64,000 nucleotides of DNA, from positions 234,503 through 298,502 of the forward strand of contig CAZEBU010000001.1 in assembly GCA_964510435.1 (NCBI GenBank), written 5' to 3'. Shown here piece after piece: positions 10,559-19,941 of this stretch; the first letter of the stretch is position 1; each line of letters starts with the position of its first letter. This stretch comes from an uncultured Candidatus Saccharibacteria bacterium. Its GTDB lineage: Bacteria > Patescibacteriota > WWE3 > UBA101185 > UBA10185. Below the pieces are notes generated by a model. That model saw only the letters and a program-made list of their open reading frames with translations. It was not told where the DNA came from and made no database searches. Made by a program: the position numbers and the translations under genes.

Positions 10559-13500
10559 TTATGGTCCAAACAAAAAACTACTTGTAGCAAAATTATAATG
10601 TCCTTCGAAACAGGTAGGACAATATGTACCGTAGCTGTGCCAAAATTCGCTGGGAGAGACATTGGTGCATTGACCGCTTAGCACATGGTATTGTCCCACA
10701 GTCTCAGCAAAATCTTCGCTATTATTGTTACTTGTACTGCATTGGTTACCGGTGGGTCCTACGTATGTAGGTAATGTATAGCCGCTGTCATTTGACTGAG
10801 CTGTACCTAGGGCTCCCATGCCGTAGCGCATAGCATAGACATGTCCTGTTTCGTGGGCGAATAACCAATTGAAAAGAAGCTGGTTAGCGGAGTTGTATGT
10901 CCAACAACGGCCATCACCAAACTCTATTCTATTTAAACCTCTAGCCCAACCGCACCCAGCACCTCGATTCCAAGCAATTTCTATAGGACCGGCAGCGCAG
11001 AGTCTATCTACATAGCGACCACGAGTACCTGCTAGGCCGCCAGCGGCAGATTGTATGATGGAAAGTGCTTGTGGACCCTCTCCGGAATCCCACCCCTCAA
11101 GAAATTCAAAACAACCAACTGTACTTATTACTTCGCATTCTTCAGGAGGGCAGACTATGGGAGGGCCTGCAGCAGGACCACCTCCAAAATCCTTTCCAGC
11201 AGCCATTCTTGTGGGATCAACCGGAGTAATGGCTGTGAGAATGAAGATGAAAACTACCATCACTGGTATAACAACTACTAGACCAAAACAACCCATGACA
11301 TATCCCGCCAGTTTGAAAACTGCTTGAGCACTTTTTTCTACATATTTTTCTATAGCATCGAATTTAGCCTCTTTAATGGCTTTAAGCGTTGCAGCTGCAA
11401 AATCCATTGCTTTTTTGATCACATATTGCACTACCTTCTCGATGAGGGGGATCAACACGGTACCTATTCCTGATGTTCCGGCGGCGACAGCCGCACCGAC
11501 AACTTTGGCTAAAACTTTTGATATTGCCTTAGTTGCCATTTTCGACAACCATTTTGAAGCCACATTTCTTGCGTAAGCCACGGGCGCCAGGAATTTAAAA
11601 TATTTAAAGATCTTGCTTTGTATAATGTTGGCTCTCTGAGAAAGTTTATCTAAGATTCCGGCTTTACTTTGTAGGATACTGATAAAGTCTGAGTTTATCT
11701 CAATTTTATCCAAGCCTTTGAACAAGGCTTTGAGTTTCTCAATATTTTCCGGACTGTTTATTAAATACCCATTTGCATCGAATTTCAAACCCAGTTGCTT
11801 GTTGTGCTTCATAAGCCATTTTCTGAGGCTCTTTGCTCTTTGCTTCACGTCCTCTAATTCCTTAAAACCGTCATAATAAGATACTTTGTAAGCGACGCCG
11901 GGTCCGGTTTTGCCGTTAAGTAATTGTATAAAGCTCTTACCAGTCAAATGCAGTGCGTCTGATTTATCCAATGTGGTTCTGTCATTAAGACCAGTTCCAA
12001 GCTGAATATTAAAATTACCTGTAAATTTAAATTTACCCACGCCTTCTATATTGTGGGTTTGCCTATTAGCAAAAAGCCTAGTGCCCATTATTCCGTTGAA
12101 GAATTTTGATGATTTTACAGCGTCGTCACCCGGCACGCCGTCTTCTACGGAGTATCTCGAGTCGTATAATAGTCCAAAATAATGTCTTCTTTTTAGTTTT
12201 TCTTTTAAAAAACGCGCAGGTGTAAAACCATTTAATCGTTCCCTGAAAAGGACCCAAAATTGATCAGCTGCTATGTGCAATAGGCCGTCATTTTCAAGTC
12301 TATCTATGAGATCGTAAAAATCCTCCCTTTTATAGGTTCTTAGAGCCTCCTCCATAACATTGGCTAAGTTCTTAGTACCAACTATTTTGTCGTTACTGAA
12401 TATTACTTTGGTCAATGGGCTATTTAAAAGATGGGTTTCGACAAACTTTCTGTTCATTCGATCGAGGCTTCCCTTGACTTGGCCTTCCCTAGCGTATTTC
12501 TTTTGTAATAAACCAATTTTTCCACTGAGATTTCTAGCTTGGGTCTCACCGGTAATTTTTTCGTCTTTTAGCTTATCTAGATCTTTGAGGAGATTTCTTA
12601 ACGGTTTTGTATCTTTAACAAACTCATCAAGAGTATTACCACCTAATTCTATAAACCAATTATCCATTTCCTCTAAAGCCACATTTATCTTTGTGATATT
12701 CTCAACAACCCTTCCCAAGCGCTTATTTGCATCATCTATTGTGGCCGCACCATAAGTGTAAGCACTCAACTCTTTTGTCAAACCTGCTAATCCATAACCA
12801 ATGCCCTCACCATAAAGTGTTTCACCTGCCTTCTTTTGCGCATCCGTCAGTACACGGTCACTGGCGAATTTATAGGTGTTTATATCGCTACTCGAGATGC
12901 CCTGCAAAGCATTAGCCATTCTAATTGCCCTGGCTCGGTGTAGATAGGATTTGACAATTTCTACCTCTTTAGGATCACTTATATCCCCGCTATCAATCAG
13001 CTGAGTTAGTTCTGCCGAACTAGCTAGCGCCGCGGCGTTAATGAGCTTTCTGTAAGCCTTGTTTCTTGTACCCGAGGCTCGGACGGCTTGCATGTAGCTT
13101 AGGAAGGCACCGCCCGATTTTGCAAAAAGATCGGTTTCTGTTTCCGTAAATTCCTTAGTTTCCTTACCACCTACCTGTTCCTGGTAAAGAAGCCCAACTG
13201 ACACTTTAGCTTTAGGAATATCTAAACCCTTGAGTTGGAATGGCCTAAATTTAGTAGTCGCGCTTTCATCAAGGTGCTCGCCATATACCTTGCTTACGAT
13301 ACCTGGTATTGGTTTAATTTCACCTCCGCTCAGGAGAGGTTTCCACATAGCCGATTGCTCCATATAGGAATCAAAGTCTTTCCAGTTAGCAAAATCCTTT
13401 ACAAATCTATCTACGGTGTCTTTGGCCATTTCACCTGGGTTTCTCAGCCACTTGACAGGATTTATGTCTAATTCAAGCTGTACACCGGCAACATCTTCTT

Positions 13501-13786
13501 CATCACCAAGTTCTAGCGCACGCATAGGGTCGTAAGACACGCCTTTTGGTTTTGTTTGGGCAATTAAAGTTCTTTCCACATCGTCAATAAAGAACTTTTT
13601 AGCTTGATTACCAATGGTTAATTTATCCAGCTCTTTTCTAACCGCAAACAAGTACTTTTCGATCAAAGCATCCGTATTAAATTCGACCATATCAGGGGGT
13701 CTACTATAAGGAGGTCTTTTTCTAGGAATAGGCTTGCCAGGATAGTATCCGCCAAGAAGTTCGTAAAAAGGGTTTGAGTCAGGCAT
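10559..13786 (-). CDS. Large membrane protein with C-terminal HEXXH zinc-metallopeptidase-like domain
   Basis: Helical N-region, Ala/Gly-rich hydrophobic segment plus TM, then FAHETGH...SEDFAETV. Confidence 0.72.
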   Translation of the reverse strand: MPDSNPFYELLGGYYPGKPIPRKRPPYSRPPDMVEFNTDALIEKYLFAVRKELDKLTIGNQAKKFFIDDVERTLIAQTKPKGVSYDPMRALELGDEEDVAGVQLELDINPVKWLRNPGEMAKDTVDRFVKDFANWKDFDSYMEQSAMWKPLLSGGEIKPIPGIVSKVYGEHLDESATTKFRPFQLKGLDIPKAKVSVGLLYQEQVGGKETKEFTETETDLFAKSGGAFLSYMQAVRASGTRNKAYRKLINAAALASSAELTQLIDSGDISDPKEVEIVKSYLHRARAIRMANALQGISSSDINTYKFASDRVLTDAQKKAGETLYGEGIGYGLAGLTKELSAYTYGAATIDDANKRLGRVVENITKINVALEEMDNWFIELGGNTLDEFVKDTKPLRNLLKDLDKLKDEKITGETQARNLSGKIGLLQKKYAREGQVKGSLDRMNRKFVETHLLNSPLTKVIFSNDKIVGTKNLANVMEEALRTYKREDFYDLIDRLENDGLLHIAADQFWVLFRERLNGFTPARFLKEKLKRRHYFGLLYDSRYSVEDGVPGDDAVKSSKFFNGIMGTRLFANRQTHNIEGVGKFKFTGNFNIQLGTGLNDRTTLDKSDALHLTGKSFIQLLNGKTGPGVAYKVSYYDGFKELEDVKQRAKSLRKWLMKHNKQLGLKFDANGYLINSPENIEKLKALFKGLDKIEINSDFISILQSKAGILDKLSQRANIIQSKIFKYFKFLAPVAYARNVASKWLSKMATKAISKVLAKVVGAAVAAGTSGIGTVLIPLIEKVVQYVIKKAMDFAAATLKAIKEAKFDAIEKYVEKSAQAVFKLAGYVMGCFGLVVVIPVMVVFIFILTAITPVDPTRMAAGKDFGGGPAAGPPIVCPPEECEVISTVGCFEFLEGWDSGEGPQALSIIQSAAGGLAGTRGRYVDRLCAAGPIEIAWNRGAGCGWARGLNRIEFGDGRCWTYNSANQLLFNWLFAHETGHVYAMRYGMGALGTAQSNDSGYTLPTYVGPTGNQCSTSNNNSEDFAETVGQYHVLSGQCTNVSPSEFWHSYGTYCPTCFEGHYNFATSSFLFGP

Positions 13787-13813
13787 ACGTTTATTTTATA
13801 ATAGATTTATAGT

Positions 13814-15247
13814 ATGAGAAAGGAAACCCTGCTTGATAGAAAAATAGTTCTTAAATTAGCTACATTCTTATTTGTCGGCTTTTTGTTCCTTGGATTATCA
13901 CCAAAAGCGCATGCAGGGGTGTGCGATGAACAACCCCCAAAATTTAGATTTGATATCATGATTGCCTGCAAACTTAAGGAGATTAATCCCCTGGTCTCTA
14001 TTCAGAGAACAATCAACGACGCGGCAACTACCATACTCACTAATGTTTTAGCCTCCATAGTTTTTAATAGTAATCCTGATGATCTGGGGACGTGCGGCGT
14101 TGCTATGTTGGCGGATCGAATAGACACTCTTCCCGGAGTGAATATGACGGACATTACTGATCAAAATGGAGTTTTGTTTAGTGCTGCGGAAGTGCAGGAT
14201 GCTCGTGATGCAGCCCCGGCCATCGGCTGTGATTTTAACGACACCCTTTTCGGGTCAAGGGCTAACGGCAGTTTGATGGGAGTAACTAAATTTGCTTTTA
14301 ACACGGTAACAACAGAGCAGCCTCCGATTAATTTGGCTTATTATTTCAAGCACAATTTGCAGAAGGTACCCATTATCAGTGATACAGCTTATGCACAAAC
14401 AGTGAGCTATAACGCCTGGGGATTGGAATTTGCTATCCAGATTTGGGAAAAATCACGCAACATTGCCTACGCCATGATGTCGGTTATCATGCTTGTCATA
14501 GGCATCCTTATTATTACCAGGAAAAAAATAAACCCCCAGACTGTAGTTTCTGTACAAACGGCTCTACCCAGGATAGTGATCAGCCTTATTCTTATTACTT
14601 TTAGCTATCCTATCGGGGCCATCTTAATATCCATAGGTTACGCCTTGGTAGTCGTTGTTATCAGGTTGTTTTTTGGAACTATTATAGATGATGTATCCCA
14701 GTTGGCGGATATGGATGTGCTGGTAATGATGGTTACTATTATGGCAGCTACTATTGGACCTCAAGGAGTAATAGGAGTAGTGACGGCAATGCTAATGGCT
14801 GTTTTGACCATCATAGCTTTGCTAGTGGCTATTATTAAGATTATAATTATTAATCTAAAGGTTCTTATTGCTATAATTTTTGCACCTATTCAGTTTGCTA
14901 TCGCAGCCATCCCGGGGCAGGAGGACCTGGTGCAGGATTGGTTTAAGAAGATGCTCGCCAAAGTGTTAGCTATTCCTGCCATATTCTTTATGATTGCCCT
15001 AGCTTGGTATATGCTCATTGTGCCCTTTACCAATCCAGATTTCTTTACCAGCATACTCGTACAATCCACTGACCCGATAAGTATTGGATATACCCTGATC
15101 AGAGGAGCAAGGGCGGTTGGTTCCAGAATGATCACTATTATGTTGCTTCCCCTTATGACCATTATGACTATGTTTTTTGCTTTGAAAGCGGATAAAGTAG
15201 TGGAAGAGTTTATTATGGGCGGTAGAGGTAAACCTAAAAGAAGATAG
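13814..15247 (+). CDS. VirB6/TrbL-like polytopic membrane protein
   Basis: IWEKSRNIAY...LPRIVISLILITFSY and IIFAPIQFAIAAIPG..WFKKML patterns; about 7 TMs. Confidence 0.72.
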   Translation: MRKETLLDRKIVLKLATFLFVGFLFLGLSPKAHAGVCDEQPPKFRFDIMIACKLKEINPLVSIQRTINDAATTILTNVLASIVFNSNPDDLGTCGVAMLADRIDTLPGVNMTDITDQNGVLFSAAEVQDARDAAPAIGCDFNDTLFGSRANGSLMGVTKFAFNTVTTEQPPINLAYYFKHNLQKVPIISDTAYAQTVSYNAWGLEFAIQIWEKSRNIAYAMMSVIMLVIGILIITRKKINPQTVVSVQTALPRIVISLILITFSYPIGAILISIGYALVVVVIRLFFGTIIDDVSQLADMDVLVMMVTIMAATIGPQGVIGVVTAMLMAVLTIIALLVAIIKIIIINLKVLIAIIFAPIQFAIAAIPGQEDLVQDWFKKMLAKVLAIPAIFFMIALAWYMLIVPFTNPDFFTSILVQSTDPISIGYTLIRGARAVGSRMITIMLLPLMTIMTMFFALKADKVVEEFIMGGRGKPKRR

Positions 15248-15259
15248 TTAGATAATTAA

Positions 15260-18200
15260 ATGATATGCGCCGTTATGAAATCCAGCAGATTTACCAAGAT
15301 ATTTACGATCCTCCTAGTTTTATTAGGAGTTTCCCTATTTAACAACGTATTTGCACAAGAAGAATGTGACGAAGACGGTTTTATTGTCAATAGCTATTGT
15401 CCTTGTCCCCCTGATCCTGGTATAGCTTCAGTTTGCGGATTTGTGAGTGACGCGAATATTACCCAGGATCTTCCCGATACGGGTATAGAAAGAGCAATCT
15501 GGTCTACCAGAAAACCTGTACCCGGTGTTACCGTGACCATTTATGAAAATAACCCTGATATACCAACAGGTAAGCCGTATGGGAAGCTAGACAGAAAATT
15601 TGGTGCCTGCTACACCACAGAAGAAGAAGGAAAATATCACTGTTTAATGCGGAGACTTAATCCCGGCAACATGGCCTATGTCATTTTTAGCTGTGACGGA
15701 AAAATAGCGGATATGAAGATTATACCCACTGTGAAAAGTTACATAGGACTAGATTCAGATATAGATTGTAGCGGCGAATATAGTTACAATGCCCTAGATG
15801 ATGAGCTAGACTTTGCTGAGAGAAGTAATTTTTTGGGCTGTTTATCAACATCTGATGAAGAGGAAAATGTTAACGCCGGTTTTGAGGAACCGGAGTACAT
15901 CTACAAAAGTGCTGATATTGGTGAGAAGGGTGGAGATATTAGATTCAACCCTTTCACTGGAGTTTTACCCATTGTTGGTGTGCACAACGGTGCCTTTTGG
16001 GAAAAGGATTGTTTGTTCGAATTCACAGGACCGTTAGATTTAAACAGAGAATACGCTCTATTCGGAGGTTTTTTTGGTTTAGCAAACTATGGAAGTGTGT
16101 CAGAAAAGTGTAATTTGGATCCGGACAGAGATGGTGATGGAGCTATAGACGGCGATGATGGAAATCCCCTCAATGATCCTGATGAACTCACAGTGCCGTT
16201 CAGATATGATATTCCAACATTGCAGTTAGAGCACGAGCAGCAGAGGATTTGGGAGACCAGAACTTCCATGCAACGGGAAATACAGGATCCCAGAGCATTT
16301 CAACAGTACAACCATCTCATGTTTGGTGAATGTGTAGGTAGGGCGTTTCTCAGGTATTTTGGCGATGATGATGAAGACCTGCCTATTTCCTGCAGTGAGC
16401 TGGCGGAGTGTAACGAAGCCTTAGGAGATCCTTTTAGGAATACACACACAGCATTGAGTTTAGGATCACGTCTTGAGTTACAAGTTACTTGGGAGGACAT
16501 CTTAGATGCAAATGAAAGGGATCCGGAGGACATAGTTTGCGAAGATGAAGAATTGGGAGAGATTATGATTTCTGAGGTGCAACCACCATTCCCTGATAAC
16601 CCGTGCGAACCGGGAAGCCCGGGGTGCCCATATAAGTTATCAAGAGATTACTATATGCCGCAGTTTTTTGTTGAGGTTGGTGGTGTAAAAAAACCTAAAA
16701 CAGCAGAAACAGCGAATGACGCATATGGAAGTATCCCTAGGAGTTTAGTATGGGAACCTATAAGTACAGAAGCGGAAACTCCCCATGAATCAGGGCACTA
16801 TGTGAATTATGAGGACAAATCTTCGCAGAGGACAAACTCAGGCAGGACAGCTATCAGATTAGCCTCGAAAAGTAATGCTGATCTCGGGGACGTTATGACT
16901 AACAGGTTCGTGAGTTACATAGACGCTGTAGATGAAACTTATGATTATAATTCGGAATCAACAATTTGGGATGCAGGTGGAGATGTTAAAAGCCTATGTA
17001 CCATTTCTAGTGTTAACGATTTGCTTATAATTCCCGACCTGGCTACAGAAACCACAACTTTGGTGAGCAACGAGTTTGTTGGAGATGAAACGGATCATAA
17101 AGAGGACGAAACGGCGGCCTCGTCAACCTATGGTACAAATTGGGGTATGGCAAGAGACGAAGCTATGTCAAACGATTATTTCTGGCGTGATGTGCTTGAT
17201 ACCTTACAAAGGTACTCAAGTGGTGGCGGTGTGCAGCTAGACTTGATGACCGCTTGGGCAATCGTAAGAAACATTGCCTCACGTGGAGCCGGTAATGTTT
17301 ATAAATCGTTCGCAGAAAGAATAGATAACTGGGCACAAGTAGGCTACCCTTCTTATATGAATACGGAATACTGCATTGCCGAAGATACCTTTGAAGCAGC
17401 CTTCCCAGCTTATGGTACAGGAGGTTATCCTGGCGGACACGCTTGCTATCCTTGGATAGATGTGCCCAGTGGGGAAAATTGTGACGCTTGGCCGGGACCT
17501 CCGGGTGAGTGGCCTCCTACTCCAGAGGTGAGTGCGCTAGGTTATAACGCTGGTTCATGGCCAGGTATAGAGGGAGAGCTAAGAACATGCAGAGCTTTAA
17601 ATTGTGAGATAAGAACAAAAACTCGAACTTGCGATGAGGAAATATGCAGGTGGGTTTGGAATTCACGCGCCGGCGTATTTGTTTGGGTGTGCAGTGGTTG
17701 CGGGGATAATAATGGAGATGGGAACGTGGACTCAAACATTGATGATTCTACGAGAGGCTGTAACGACGGTGAGCTTAGGGCCTGTTTAGTTGAGCAAAGA
17801 GATAACTGGGATGAACAGCCTCCAGATCCCCCTCCACTGGATCCCCCTGATTATGATGATGAAAATAGTAGTATACGCGCTTGTGATTTAGAAAAAGCCG
17901 GACCAATGCAAGAGCCGGGTGATATTTGGAAAGACCACTCTGCTAGGATAGTTCAGCAGCCTTTTTTCGGGCAATCTCAAGAAAATGTTGATACGGTGTC
18001 CTTGACCGCTAACTACACGGCACTTTCCCTAACCAGTAAGGTTGAAGAAAGAAGAGAAAGCCATAAGGTTAGTTTTGTAGATTATGCATCCACAAATGAT
18101 ATCAGCGGAGGGGGACCTGCACAGGCCATAGATCCTGATAGGCTTAGGCACAGGAACACCGCAGGCACAAATTCTCAAGGATTTGGTACCGGGGCGGCAG

Positions 18201-18892
18201 TAGATCTACTAAAAACCATTAGCCACCCCGAAAGGTTTGGTTCTCTGGTTGAGCCGTTGCCGGACTGGATTCCAAATTGTAATTTTTATGATCCTAATTC
18301 ATGGTGTTATGCTATTCAACCTCCTGGTCCCATCGATTTAGATAGTTTGGATGGAGGTGCATGTAATCCAAATACTACTCGGGGAGCATGTCCTTTGAAC
18401 GGTTATGTACCCGCTATTGCAGAGAGAATACTAGGTGCCGCCGGAGCTAATTCGGGGGTTGATGGCGCAGTTTTGCTGGCAGCCATATATGGAGAAGGTG
18501 GGTGGATTGGTCCTGGGGCAAGGCTTGATTGGATAGATGCCAACGTCAGAGCCTGGAGCGAACCCTGGTATGCGAGAATACCTGGATGTAACGACATGGT
18601 GCCCACAGCCCAGGGACCTTTTGGTATGATAACCCGTTGGTTTGAAGGTGCGGTAGCTAATGGAGGATACCACCCATCGAGAGTAAGTCCTACCAACGGA
18701 CAGGTTATAGTCAGTAAATGTAACTTTATAGACGCAGCTTATGCTGCGGCACAGATGCTTGGTGGAATAGGATGTAATGGTTTTAGTGCAGCTGATGTAA
18801 GACAGAGATTAGCGGTTTACAGAGGCGGTTCTCAAGCAAATCCGGCAGACGTACCCCAGTTTTTAGTAGACACCGCTATGAACTGCCGCTAA
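15260..18892 (+). CDS. Giant Cys-rich secreted protein with C-terminal lytic transglycosylase-like domain
   Basis: Signal (VFAQ), many Cys, DxDxDG loops, C-terminal VLLAAIYGEG..AQGPFG..NFIDAAYAAAQML. Confidence 0.68.
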   Translation: MICAVMKSSRFTKIFTILLVLLGVSLFNNVFAQEECDEDGFIVNSYCPCPPDPGIASVCGFVSDANITQDLPDTGIERAIWSTRKPVPGVTVTIYENNPDIPTGKPYGKLDRKFGACYTTEEEGKYHCLMRRLNPGNMAYVIFSCDGKIADMKIIPTVKSYIGLDSDIDCSGEYSYNALDDELDFAERSNFLGCLSTSDEEENVNAGFEEPEYIYKSADIGEKGGDIRFNPFTGVLPIVGVHNGAFWEKDCLFEFTGPLDLNREYALFGGFFGLANYGSVSEKCNLDPDRDGDGAIDGDDGNPLNDPDELTVPFRYDIPTLQLEHEQQRIWETRTSMQREIQDPRAFQQYNHLMFGECVGRAFLRYFGDDDEDLPISCSELAECNEALGDPFRNTHTALSLGSRLELQVTWEDILDANERDPEDIVCEDEELGEIMISEVQPPFPDNPCEPGSPGCPYKLSRDYYMPQFFVEVGGVKKPKTAETANDAYGSIPRSLVWEPISTEAETPHESGHYVNYEDKSSQRTNSGRTAIRLASKSNADLGDVMTNRFVSYIDAVDETYDYNSESTIWDAGGDVKSLCTISSVNDLLIIPDLATETTTLVSNEFVGDETDHKEDETAASSTYGTNWGMARDEAMSNDYFWRDVLDTLQRYSSGGGVQLDLMTAWAIVRNIASRGAGNVYKSFAERIDNWAQVGYPSYMNTEYCIAEDTFEAAFPAYGTGGYPGGHACYPWIDVPSGENCDAWPGPPGEWPPTPEVSALGYNAGSWPGIEGELRTCRALNCEIRTKTRTCDEEICRWVWNSRAGVFVWVCSGCGDNNGDGNVDSNIDDSTRGCNDGELRACLVEQRDNWDEQPPDPPPLDPPDYDDENSSIRACDLEKAGPMQEPGDIWKDHSARIVQQPFFGQSQENVDTVSLTANYTALSLTSKVEERRESHKVSFVDYASTNDISGGGPAQAIDPDRLRHRNTAGTNSQGFGTGAAVDLLKTISHPERFGSLVEPLPDWIPNCNFYDPNSWCYAIQPPGPIDLDSLDGGACNPNTTRGACPLNGYVPAIAERILGAAGANSGVDGAVLLAAIYGEGGWIGPGARLDWIDANVRAWSEPWYARIPGCNDMVPTAQGPFGMITRWFEGAVANGGYHPSRVSPTNGQVIVSKCNFIDAAYAAAQMLGGIGCNGFSAADVRQRLAVYRGGSQANPADVPQFLVDTAMNCR

Positions 18893-18975
18893 AACACTCT
18901 CCACCTTTATCCAAACACCCCTTAGGTTGATTAGTCCCAAAGGACGCATCGAACCAAGTGAGATATAATAACCCC

Positions 18976-19434
18976 ATGCTGATACAGAAAAACCGCAAGG
19001 CTCTCTTTAACCACGAGATTCTCGAGAAATTTATGGCAGGAATTGAATTAAAGGGTTTTGAGGTCAAGGCAATAAAAGAAAATAAAGCCAGTTTTGAAGG
19101 TTCGTTTGTCAACATAGTGAAGGGCGAGGCCTTTGTACAAGGTATGCATATTGGCAAGTATTCGAAACAGAGCCAGGATTACTACGAACAAGAAGCACGC
19201 CGTCCTAGACGTTTGCTCTTAAATAAGCATGAGCTGAAAAAACTAAAAAAAGAAATTTCCGAAAAAGGTAAAACAGCGGTTCCATTGGCACTGTTATTAA
19301 AACGAGGCATGATCAAATTAGAGTTTGCGGTGGTTAAAGGTAGAAAAAAGCACCAGAAAAAACAATTACTGAAAAAGAAGCAGATAGAAATGGATCTAAA
19401 GAAAGAGATCAAACAGCAGTTTGAGTTGCCGTAA
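18976..19434 (+). CDS. smpB: SsrA-binding protein
   Basis: NRKALFNHEILEKFMAGIELKGFEVKAIK, RRLLLNKHE, GRKKH; start moved to ATG 18976. Confidence 0.95.
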   Translation: MLIQKNRKALFNHEILEKFMAGIELKGFEVKAIKENKASFEGSFVNIVKGEAFVQGMHIGKYSKQSQDYYEQEARRPRRLLLNKHELKKLKKEISEKGKTAVPLALLLKRGMIKLEFAVVKGRKKHQKKQLLKKKQIEMDLKKEIKQQFELP

Positions 19435-19509
19435 TAGTATTTTAAGCATATTGAAAATTCGTACGAAGTGAGTTATAATACAGACCCATAGTGTTATGGG
19501 TGTAATTAC

Positions 19510-19902
19510 GGGGATGCGTAGGCATTGATTGGAAGAAGTAATTACGAGAGCAAGCCGAAGTGATAGATTTTCGTAAAAAACTATCAAAACATAAGTGCTG
19601 ATGAATACGCATATCAGCCAGCATACGCTTACGCTTAAGTGTATGTGTCAGAACCCTTTGGGTATATCCCAAATCGTTTTGAGGTCCTGTGCTCACTAGC
19701 CTGAGGGGAGTGCAAGGGCGTTATAAAATCAGGCACCGCAGCTTAAGCCTGACCAGTTTAGGTTGTTTGCGAAAGGAAGGTCTAGGGAAAGGTTAAGGGT
19801 TTGCGGTTGCCCGACTTTTACCGAATAAATTTCCGCTAAGCTTGTATTCTTTTGTATTTTATAGCTTTCAAGACGGGGGTTCGAATCCCCCCATCTCCAC
19901 CA
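19510..19902 (+). ncRNA. ssrA: tmRNA
   Basis: GGGGATG/CATCTCC-ACCA acceptor stem with G3-U, T-arm GGGGGTTCGAATCCCCC, tag ORF 19597-19638 (ADEYAYQPAYAYA*), directly after smpB. Confidence 0.95.
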
Positions 19903-19903
19903 G

Positions 19904-19941
19904 AAAAAAGCAAATGTGTTTAATGTACGTTTGCTTTTTTT
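19904..19941. terminator. Bidirectional terminator after tmRNA
   Basis: AAAAAAGCAAA...TTTGCTTTTTTT. Confidence 0.7.
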
